From: Macrostomum lignano
Taxonomy: Eukaryota
Direction: 5' to 3'
DNA length: 30,362 nucleotides
Assembly (NCBI GenBank): GCA_002269645.1
Contig: NIVC01003523.1
Location: 1-30,362 of the forward strand
The notes beneath the pieces are model-generated. The model saw only the letters and a program-made list of their open reading frames with translations, ran no database searches and was not told where the DNA came from. Both the position numbers and the translations under genes were made by a program. Positions 19,600 through 29,450 of the stretch are shown piece after piece; within the stretch, counting starts at the first letter, position 1; each line of letters begins with the position of its first letter.

Positions 19600-20330
19600 C
19601 GCTGTGTCCGCCGGACAGCTGTGCCGCCTCGGCCTGGTGGAGAACTCCTGGCGATCCTACCTCAGCCAGCTGCGCTCCTGGGAGGACTTCTGTGTTAGCG
19701 CAGGCCGCCCTTCATGTCCAGCTGACGGTGAGCTCCTCTGCCGCTACATCGCGCACCTGGTGAGCACCGGCTCCGGTCCCTCTTCAGCCTCCGAGCCTAC
19801 GTCCATGCCGTCTCTTTTCTGCACCAAGCCACCGGCGCCCCCGACCCAGCGAAAGACTTCACCGTGCAGCTGGCCCTCCGAGGCGCCAAACGTCATCTGG
19901 GCCTGCGATGCAAACAGGCAGGTGACCAGATGACCATCGAGCACCTCAAGAGAATCCATCAGCAGCTCCTGCGCTTCATCTCAAGCGCATATCTCCGGGC
20001 CACCTTCTGGGCGGCTTTTTTTGGTGGGCTGGTGGGGCATGTTGCGCCTTGGTGACTTCCTATCGGCCCGCGGCAACACGCTCTGTCTCGCGGGACTGCC
20101 TGTCGGCTTCATCTGGCTGCTGGAAGTTGGCAGTCCCAAAGTCCAAGACCAACCAGTTCGGCCACAGCATCCAGGGGGGGGGTGCCAGCTTCTGCCATCA
20201 AATCGGCTTGTCAGAATCGGACATTCGGGCCCTTTGAGGCTGGAGATCGGGCCCTTTGAGGCTGGAGATCGGACGCTGTTCTCCTCTTCTTTTCCGCCAG
20301 CTCTACGCTGTCGCGCCGCCAGCGCTCCGC
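19600..20330 (+). pseudogene. Ngaro tyrosine recombinase, internally deleted and catalytically degenerate
   Basis: SYLSQLRSWEDFC, LRLGD, KSKTNQF, GHSIQGGGASFCHQIGLSESDIRAL*GWRSDAV. A 22-bp duplication lies at 20225/20247. Confidence 0.82.
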
Positions 20331-20429
20331 TTCTTTCTTGGCTTCGGCTTCGCAGCTGCAGGCTGCTACCAGGCTGCTACCACCTAGCTCTGGTTTCCCC
20401 TGCTTTTACTCCTCTTCCCCTTCGTTGGG

Positions 20430-20821
20430 TTTCTCGGCCGCTGCCGGCTTTTTCGCAACCGCTTTGTCTCATTTGGCTCCTTCCGATGTGTTTAATGCAA
20501 TCGTTACTCACTGAGTAAGGTGTGTTAGGCGCGCCGGGGGATGCTGTTGTACGAGCTACATTTCCTCTGTACTCTGGCGGGGGTTGAGGTTTGGGGCCGG
20601 GGTGTTGGCCGCGCCGGCCGGCTTAAAGCCTCTGCACCCGGCCCGGCTTGTCTCCACCGCTATTTCTCATTTTTTTATTTTTCGTTTTTATGGACCAAAA
20701 AATACCCGTTTAAACAAGTAAATAAACGCTTCGCTTGATTCCGTTCGGATCCGCTTTCTCGGCCACTGCCGGCTTTTTCGCAACCGCTTTGTCTTCTTTG
20801 GCTCCTTCAAGCGTATTTAAT
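20430..20821 (+). repeat. Ngaro 3' repeats B1 (20430-20496), A2 (20496-20676), B2 (20755-20821)
   Basis: TTTCTCGGCC(G/A)CTGCCGGCTTTTTCGCAACCGCTTTGTC...TTTAAT occurs twice, flanking A2. Confidence 0.9.
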
Positions 20822-20870
20822 TCTTTTTTATTTCTCTTGCATTTTCTTGAGCGCAAAGTGTGCGAGTATA

Positions 20871-21071
20871 GGGGGTTGTAGCCTAGTGGTTTAGAGCGTC
20901 GGACTCTCGACTTTAAGGTCGGGGGTTCGATTCCTGATTCAGGGACGTCTAGAGCTAGCACCACTGGACTAGTAGCTAGAATAAAACACCACCCATTTTA
21001 CGCTAGTGTAGCAACAGCAAGGTGGCAGTTGTGCTAGCTAAGCAAACTAGGTAAATAAACTAAATAAACTA
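20871..21071 (+). mobile_element. tRNA-derived SINE
   Basis: A box TAGCCTAGTGG (20879) and B box GGTTCGATTCC (20924). The cloverleaf stems are broken. An (AAATAAACT)x2 tail lies at ~21054-21071. Confidence 0.65.
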
Positions 21072-21329
21072 GTGCGTTCGAGTTGGGGCACTAGGGATAG
21101 GGGACTTGGGGGAGAGCAGTGAAACAGACAAACGAGTAGAAATGCACAGGGCTTGGGCACCGAGCTCATGACACTGATATGTTCTCGATGCATATTCAGT
21201 GGTGTACAATTTAAGAAATTATTCACCCCACTACCCCAGGTTTTCCTTGCTCTCTGCCAAGCACTGACAAAGAGTAAATGATGTCTTGCACTGTTATCAT
21301 TTCCAGCAGCCTCTCAGTGCAAGCTTTCA

Positions 21330-22500
21330 ATGGTGCATGCATGTTCAGTCTACCAATGCTTAACTCGAGCAACCCAGGAATCTGGAGTGAACTTCCACAG
21401 CCAGCCTCTCCAAGACACTACTCTTCTTGAGAAATGGAAGAGAGCAAACCCGAGAAGACTTTGAGCAGGCAAAGTACTGCAAGATTTGCTCTCGTGATTT
21501 TCATCTCCATGACTTCACGGAAGCATCGGTGGATCAACGCCACACGCAATAAGAGAGGCGAGTCGCTGTCAAGGAGGAGACTCAAGCCTACAGTGGTTCC
21601 ATCCATCTGTCTGAACGCTCCCATGAGCTCCCATCTAATTGTCATCTGACAATAAGGAACCGCGAGCAACGACAGTGACATTGTCTGAGCGATGGAGAGA
21701 GAGAGCAGAGAGAGCTGGAAGAAAGGGTTGGAGTCTCTGGAAGCAGACTCCACTGTTAGGACGGACCTAAAGGAGATTCAGCGCAAGCTGGAGCAGGAAG
21801 CGACCAAGCCAGCTGGACTTCAGACGGCTACCTAGGACAATAAGCTCTGCGTCCATATGCTAGAGACAGCCATTGTGCCGTGTTTCTTGCTACATCTGCC
21901 TGGCAGAAGACCAAGCCAATGGACTGCCGCTAAAAGCAAGCATTTTCACCTACTGACTAGAGGAAAAACTTTGACTCTCAGCCAGCTTGTGAATTTCATG
22001 TCGAGAATCAAGAATTCGACTGAGAATTGGCCGAGTCGTCACCTCAGACCAAGATCTCCAGGATGCCGTGGAAGACCTCTTGCCGTCTTGGAGGAAGCAA
22101 AAAGGCTGACGGACAATCGGACTGTGAGCTTTGCCTTGGAGCAGCTAAAGCTGAGCACGAAGTCATCGTGCACCAGAAGGTGTTCCAAGGATCTCCTTGT
22201 GTTCTACTTGATCTAATCCATCAGTGCCTCAGCCCTCAGCGTAACAAGACCTACGAGTACTTGGGCAGGATGCCGTCTGCCTCCCGTCTGATCTCACGCT
22301 GACGTCCATAACTGCACATCTTCAAGCGGCCTTGGGCTGAGAGCTTCAAAGCTGTCACGAATGGAGAAGGTAGTGACCCTGTTCATCGGCGAGATCTACA
22401 TCGCAAGTAGGATTGAATCAATGCCAAAGCAACAGGCCAGCAGTCTGTGTTCATGCTATTCAATCCAGTGCACGACTTGAAAACATATTTACAACTTTCA
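21330..22500 (+). pseudogene. THAP-domain P-element-like transposase relic
   Basis: THAP: MVHACSVYQC...NFHSQP...LLEKWKRA / DFEQAKYCKICSRDF / RRRLKPTVVPSI, across frameshifts. Then FALEQLKL...RRCSKDLLVF...YEYL..MPSASRL and EKVVTLFIGEIYI (the first catalytic DE motif with D>G). Confidence 0.72.
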
Positions 22501-22675
22501 CAGCTGAGGAGACCTCCATCTCCTTCCCTCCAGCGTGTAGTGACTGGCTGCTAACTGGCTTTTCAGCAGCATTCACTAGCTGTTCCTAAGAGCGCTGTGA
22601 TCCGCTGCACAGTGGCTCAGTCCACCTGATCTAGAGAGAGATTTACTCTGTGCTGGGCCTAAGTGTTTACTGCCC

Positions 22676-23060
22676 GATGACTCATCGCCTGAGCGGGCGC
22701 GGCAGTCACACTCAATGCCTTCCCCTCCCGCGCTGAGGAGACATAGCAGGATGACTCGTCACCTGCGCGGGGTGTAAAGGCTGCCTAGAGGGAGTAAACA
22801 GGATGACTCATCCGCCCAAGTTCTATTTTTAGCACAGAAAAGCACGTGACTGTGCACGCACACTGTGCGTGGCCACTGACCTTGAGTCACGCCACTGCTG
22901 CGTGATAGGCTTGCCTTATTAGAAAGTCGGCCTTGGATCACGCATCGCTCGAATGATTCTGAGGACCAAAAAAGGAAGTTTCACGCGCTCACCGCATGAA
23001 ACTCACGTGACTTTTGGGGGTCTGCTCGGCTATAAATACGGAGCATCTGTGAGCCATTTT
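22676..23060 (+). promoter_or_regulatory. Pol II promoter-like block with AP-1 sites, E-boxes and a TATA box
   Basis: TGACTCA at 22678 and 22804, TGAGTCA at 22883, variant TGACTCG at 22752. CACGTGAC at 22843 and 23004. TATAAATA at 23031. A strong acceptor TTATTTTATTTCAG ends ~23251. Confidence 0.5.
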
Positions 23061-23554
23061 TCTCCAGATCGCGTTCACTGCGTCGTCTCGCGGAGCATTG
23101 GCTAACTCGTGAAGCCTCCTCCGAGCTCTCCTCTCATCGTTTCAGGTTTTTCAGGTTTTCTGGTTCGAGCAGCATTCTACTAAGTCAATCGACTGTCGAG
23201 ACATTTTTCAAATTTGCCTTTGCTCCGAGCGATTTCGTTATTTTATTTCAGGTGACGGATAGACAACTCTGCCGACGCGTCGAGTCCGCACACCAAGGTG
23301 GCAGCAACCCTACCAAGTTAAGGCTAACGTTTTAGGTTCAATTACAGGCAAATCGATAGGTAGTACAACGGTGCTATCTAGCTACTTCCGGAGCAGCGAG
23401 TTCTAGCTCGTATTTATAGGATCATCTTCAAGAACTCGGGAAGGAGCCTAACAAGCTCTTGCAATGATTCTTAACAAGTTGGTTCAGAGCCAAGTCAGTA
23501 TTTTTCTCCATTATTTCCATATATTCTCATCATAAAGTCTAAATTTTTATACTA

Positions 23555-24925
23555 GTAGCACACTGTCACCAAACGAATCGCTTTTGCATGCTGTTGCTTT
23601 TGTTCCTCTTGATTTTCGACGACTCGTTGCTCGGTGTCCTGGTGAAGATGGCTGAGCGTAGGCGAATATTTTAGCATCATCTCACTAGGCTTCTTGCCGT
23701 TGTAGCGTGCGGCTTGAGATGAAATGCATTCAGGCACTCTAGTACATCCCTCATCCCTCATGCCTATTCTCAACGCTCTCTTGGCGGTCTGAACCATTCG
23801 TTCAGCCAATTCATTTGGCCGCGGATGTCTCACAGATGTTAGAATTTGCGTGGTTCGGAGCTTCGGAGATTTTTTAGTTCGTCCGAAGTGATTCATCCTG
23901 GATAACCGTATCGAATGATTGCTGCAGCTTGCCAATCGTGCCACGGGTACTCGCTGATCTCAGAAAAATTTCCACCCATTTTGTCGTGGCATCCTCAGTA
24001 ATCAGCCACATGAACCCGTAGCAAGGACCGAAGAAGTCCAAACAGAGTGGTTAATTGGCTGAGCTTCTATGCAATTTTGACACACATCATCTTCGTGAAC
24101 CCAGCATTCTCCAGTGGCAAGCTTGGAAATGCGTCTGCATTTTCATGTTCATCCGTCCGGCTCTATCGAATCTCAAATTGATAGGCTGACAGAATCACAG
24201 CCCAGAGCTGCAACCGACTGGCAGATATTCTTGAGATTTGTTCTCAGGACCAAATTCGTCACATGCGGTTTGTGGTCCGTGACCAGTATGAACCGTCGGC
24301 CATAAGGTACTGGTGAAATTTCTTCACCGCAACAACAACAACAATAACAAAGTACGCTGTCAGGTAGAAAAAAGCAGCGTCACAGGGCACGCTTCAGAGC
24401 CTGGGCGCGAACAAAGGCCGCACCGCCGGCAGAGTCCGGGGCGCCAGCGTCGGCCAGCAGGCAGTCGACGAAATGCCGAGTTCGGGCTTGGCCTCGCCGG
24501 TAGGGTGCCTTCACCGCAAAAATTATCGCTAATCATTCCTTCTCTATTTTTGAGTTGTTTCTTTCGGCCTTGGACTGGCCTCTGATTGCACAGCAGATTG
24601 GATTCTCTGAATCCTGCAAAATGTGCGAAAGCACTGCGCCTACGCTGTAGTATGATGCATCGGCATGAACAACCAACTCTTTGCTTGGGGTCATAGTGAA
24701 TCAACACTCGATTAGAAGTCAGATGATTTCTAATGAGCAAATGGATAAATCAAACCTGTCAGTCCATCTCAACTCAGCGTCTTTCTGTAGTAGCGCATTT
24801 AGGACGCCAGGACGTCGGACAGGCCTCTGATTAATTTGTTATAGTATTTATCAGCCCAACTAGGGACCGAACCTTCGAAATGCTAGTTGGCCTTGGGGCT
24901 TCAGTGATGGCTTTCATGATTCGTG
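23555..24925 (-). mobile_element. Gypsy LTR-retrotransposon pol relic (RT connection, RNase H, integrase), with deletions
   Basis: KAITEAPRPTSISKVRSLVGLIN; LTSNRVLIHYDP; DASYYSVGAVLSH; SKAERNNSKIEKE*LAIIFAVK|KFHQYL-GRRFILVTDHKP; LQLWAVILSAYQF...NADA; LDFFGP...DATTKWVE; HPRPNELAERMVQTAKRAL. Confidence 0.9.
24333..24508 (-). mobile_element. 5'-truncated RTE-like LINE 3' end nested in the Gypsy RNase H, with an 11-bp TSD
   Basis: CTTCACCGCAA at 24322-24332 and 24509-24519. The minus strand reads APYRRGQARTRHFVDCLLADAG...ALKRAL* and ends in a (TTG)n tail. Confidence 0.75.
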
Positions 24926-25470
24926 GCCTCTGCCCCCCCGGCCCAGTCAGCCCTCTGCCCTCCCCCCCCCCCCAGTCAGGCCTCTGCTGCCCCCCCCCAG
25001 TGAGGCCTCTGCTGCCCCCCCAGTCAGGCCTCTGCTGCCCCCCAAGTCAGGCCTCTGCTGCCTTCCCAGTCAGGCCTCTGCCGCACCCCCAGTCAGGCCC
25101 CTGCCGCACCCCCAGTCAGGCCTCTGCCGCACCCCCTGTCAGGCCTCTGCTGCCTTCCCAGTCAGGCCTCTGCTGCCTTCCCAGTCAGGCCTCTGCCGCA
25201 CCCCCAGTCAGGCCTCTGCCGCACCCCCAGTCAGGCCTCTGCCGCACCCCCAGTAAGGCCTCTGCCGCACCCCCCTGTCAGGCCTCTGCTGCCCCCCCCC
25301 CCCTGTCAGGCCTCTGCTGCCCCCCCTGTCAGGCCTCTGCTGCCCCTCCTGTCAGGCCTCTGCTGCCCCCCTGTCAGGCCTCTGCTGCCCCCCCTGTCAG
25401 GCCTCTGCCCCTCCCCAGTCAGGCCTTCCCCTCCCCAGTCAGGCCTTCCACCCCCTTTGTCAGGCCTCTG
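24925..25470. repeat. ~21-24-bp minisatellite (CCCCCAGTCAGGCCTCTGCTG, variable C-run), ~24 copies
   Basis: Tandem GTCAGGCCTCTGC units. It truncates the Gypsy relic and is the source of the spurious Pro-rich ORF. Confidence 0.95.
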
Positions 25471-26439
25471 CACTACATATCGTGCAGATTGTGGTTGATT
25501 TTCAGAATTCAGACGCAAAAAACGCAAAATATACTACTATCTGAAAAATGAAGTAAGTAGTATACGAAAACGGTATCCTAGGCGTGATATGGCAATATGT
25601 AGTCGTAATAATCCATGTGCTCATATATGTACATTAATTCCATGTTCAATAATCCCTATCTATCTCAAATTGGATATGTACATTAATTCCATGTACATTA
25701 ATCCCTATCTCAAATGTCCATGTCTATTCCCAATTCTATATGTACACTTACATTAATCTACAGTGTCATCCCCAGACGGCCAGCGCGCGCGCACCAAAAT
25801 TACAACTCGAAACCCTACTACATGTACAGTTGTACAATCTCATCCAAATGAGTCAACTAATTGTGTAGCCTACAACGTAAATGTATATTTCCAATGTACA
25901 TTTCTCAGACAGATTTGAATAATACTGGTCGGAGTCTATATGTACATCGATAGCCTCTATACTCATATCCGCTACATACCCCAAAAATTAGGTATGTACA
26001 TTTTCACCCTCGGAGACTGTAGGTTTGAATATGCTGATAATTTATTCAAAATCACTTATAAAATACACATACTTTCATATAGAGGCGGGCCTGTACAAAC
26101 TCTCGCCAAGCGATGGGGTGGAGGTTGCGTCATCCAAGCCTCTCCCCAAGTCAGACCCCAAATGCAGGACTGTGTTGAAGCAGTGCTTTATATTTCTATA
26201 TTGACAGTGTGGATGATACAAGACCTTTAATTGGTAATTATCAACTGCTACTGCTTTACGGTATATCCTCACCCCTCGAAGCCCCTATACTGAATGTTGA
26301 ATCACCCTTTAACTCGGACCATAGTCAAATTCAACCCTGTTCGAAAACAGCCACCCCTCCGATGTTCACCAGACACAGCGCAGACCCCATAACAAATCGA
26401 GCTAAATTTTAACACTCGCCCCTGTTTTCTCTGTCCCCC

Positions 26440-26700
26440 CTTCTAAATGCCAAGGAATTTCGACCCTCTCTCCATTTTCAGTGTACAGACAGATCTTTCC
26501 ACAGCACAGACCATATATTAAACTTCAAAACCCCTCTCTTCTCCGATTACGTCATCCATGCCGCCCCAGTTAGCAAGAAACCAACTTTTAATGCACACAT
26601 CAACCCCCGCGAGCAAATCCGAGTCCGCCAACCTCTACCTGCATTGACAAATCCCAGCTGCATTTGTAAATGTACACAGCCTATGAATCAGTGTCTCCAC
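26440..26700. repeat. Dispersed copy of the module repeated at ~28510-28700 and ~29170-29450
   Basis: Shared blocks include CAGAT.TTT.CACAGCAC.GAC, GATTACGTCATC, CAGTTAGCAAGAAA and TGTACAC..CCTATGAATCAGTGTCTCC (the last seen at ~26670 and ~29425). Confidence 0.8.
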
Positions 26701-26949
26701 CGCATGCAATTCTGATTTACTTGATTCTAAACTTTGTAAATTGTATAAGTCACCCTTGCGTTATACTAGAAGTAGTGAAGTCCACATATTTAAATACGTG
26801 AGGCTATTCAATTCTGCCTCTCCGCCTCCCCTACCTTCTCACTTCAAGCTTTCAGACTTGGTCTTTGAGACGGTCGGTTTAATCTGTTAGAAGCAGGAAT
26901 TAATCATGCACTGACCTCTCCATACAAAGTAAAGTTGGAATTTCAGACA

Positions 26950-28130
26950 AGAAATTTGGTTATTTTAAAAGCTAAATGACTAGAAATGCACATTTTTTTA
27001 ATTAAAATGCAGCTTTTTACAGTTTTTTTTACGATTTTAACCTTAAAATGCAGACTTTGTTGATCAAAATCAGTAGTTTCATCACTAGAAACCATACTTT
27101 CAACAGCTAATTTGTCCAAATGTCGCTTTCAACTTGACCTTAGACTGCTTTTAAGCAGGAATGAACCCCACACAAACATCCACAAGCCAGCCCAAAATCA
27201 TCCAAAGACATGGCTATTGAAGCCTAAATTGCTAGAAATGCGCATTTTTTTCATAAGAAAATACAAATTTTCACGGTTTTTATGCATTTTTACGTTAAAA
27301 TGCAGACTTTATTGATCAAAATCAGTAGTTTCATCACTAGAAACCATACTTTCAGCAACTAATTTGTCCAAATATCGCTTTCAACTTGACCTTAGACAGC
27401 TTTTAAGCAGGAATGAACCCCCACGAACATACACAAGCTAGCCCAAAATCATCCAAAGACGGCTGTTGAAGACTAAATTGCTAGAAATGAGCATTTTTTC
27501 ATAAGAAAACACAAATTTTCACAGTTTTTACGCATTTTTTTCGTTAAAATGCAGATTTTATTGATCAAAATCAGTAATTCATCACTAAAAACCACAATTT
27601 TAACAGAAAATTATCACAAATGCTACTTCTGGAACTCTGAGACAGCTTTGAGCAGGAATTATAATCGCACACGGATTACCCGAGCCAGTCCAATATTCCA
27701 CTGAAGCCAGGGTTTTTTAAAGCTGAATTGGTAGAATTGCTCATTCTTTCGTTTAATAAATGACAATTTTCACAGTTTTATTATTTTCTAACGTTAAAAT
27801 GCGAAATGTATTGGTCAAACTTAGTAGTTTCATCCCAAAAGCCATAATTTCAACCGCTAATTTGTCCAAATGCTGATTTCAAAGTTGGCAAGAGACAGCT
27901 TTCGAGCAGGAATGAGTCACACACTGATCTCCATATGCACACCCCGGCCCAAGTTGGAATTCCACCCAAGACATTTTCATTGAAAGCTAAATTACTAGAA
28001 ATTGCACATTTTCGTTTTAAAAAGGTCAATTTTCACAGTTTTTACTCTTTTTAACGTTAAAATGCTGACTTTATTGAACAAAATTAATCACTTCATCAGC
28101 AGAAACCATAATTTTTACAACTTAATGCTG
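26950..28130. repeat. AT-rich ~250-bp tandem satellite, ~4.6 diverged copies
   Basis: The GATCAAAATCAGTAG anchor (or variants) lies at 27062, 27314, 27563, 27813 and ~28076. Confidence 0.92.
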
Positions 28131-28319
28131 TTTCATCATTCAAATGTATGTATTTGGTACGTGTAATACCCCTCAAGAAGTCAGGGAAGGGATTATTCTT
28201 GAATATTGGGTTAAAACGTACAGTTTGCTATAAACCTAGCTATAATAATTTTAACATATACAGTCGGCGAAGCGGCCCGTTGATTTCGATTGACATTTAA
28301 ACTGTCCCTCCCATGCCAG

Positions 28320-29450
28320 ACCTCTCTCTCTCTCTCCTTCTGCACCCACCGAGAAAAGTGACTCATGCGGCAATCAGTTTGACAGGTTTAGTATATTACT
28401 GAATTGGCAAAACAGCCAACACACAATGTTCATTAGACTCGTCTTCACAGCACAGACCCATGTAGAACAGAACCACTCGTCCCTGTCTCTCTGACCTTAC
28501 CATTTCTAACTGTCAAGGAATTCCGACCCTCCCTCTCCAATTTCAGTGTACAAACAGATATTTTCACAGCACAGACTCATATATTGAGCCTCCTCCAACC
28601 AAAACCCTATCTTGATTACGTCATCCACCTCCCCCATAGAAGCAGTTAGCAAGAAACAAAATTTTTCGATGCACATATGAACACTGTGAACCATGCAAAA
28701 TAGCACATCTACGGGTCGATTTTGATTGACAATTTAATACCTTTTGTTGATGCTGCTGTGTACAGTAGTCTTATTTCCGAAGCTCCTAGCAGTCATCTTT
28801 TAGATGTGGTGAATCAGTGTTGTTTTTGCCAACTTTACATCTTGATTCATCCTCCAAATTCTTCAACTCTGACCATATTCAATAATTTAACCCATGCAAG
28901 TAGATTTGCCAATTCGCCAAATTGCCAATACGAATGGGGCCAGAGGACCCACCCAAATCGAGCCCTTGTCTCTCTCAGGCCTCTCTCTCCTACACATACC
29001 CCAGAAAAGTGACTCATGAGGCAATCAGTTTAACAGGTTCAGTATACTGAATTGGCAAAACAGCAAACACCCAATGGTCAATGGACTCGTCTTCGCAGCA
29101 CAGACCATTTTGAATAAAGCCAAAACACACATACACCCCTATTCTCTGACCAAACCTTTCCATTTCTAGTTGTCAACGAAATTCGACCGGCCTCTCTCTC
29201 AATCCCAATGTACATTTTGACGAAGCAAGCAGATCTTTTCACAGCACGGACCCAGCCTCCCCCAACCAAAGCCCTATCTCTGATTACGTCATCTATACAT
29301 CCCCATAGAAGCAGTTAGCAAGAAAAAAATTTTGATGCGCATATATGAACAATGCGAACCAAGCAAATCCGCGCGTCTACCAAAGCCAACCCTACCCTGC
29401 GTGCTGTAATTGCATTTGTCAATGTACACACCCTATGAATCAGTGTCTCC
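28320..29450. repeat. ~650-670-bp diverged tandem duplication
   Basis: GAAAAGTGACTCATG at 28353 and 29004; GATTACGTCATC at 28614 and 29282. Confidence 0.85.

Larger units (their letters stand above)
16679..20821 (+). mobile_element. Ngaro-type (DIRS order) tyrosine-recombinase retrotransposon, full length but decayed, with split direct repeats A1-ORFs-B1-A2-B2
   Basis: A1 16679-16820 matches A2 20496-20676. B1 20430-20496 matches B2 20755-20821 (59/67). Gene order is gag, RT/RNase H, YR. Confidence 0.92.

Noticed and set aside
20871-20945. Functional tRNA-Glu(CTC)
   Set aside because: Anticodon, T and acceptor stems do not pair, and the sequence continues into a SINE-like body and tail.
24880-25551. 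223-aa Pro-rich ORF
   Set aside because: Translation of the C-rich minisatellite plus antisense Gypsy sequence.
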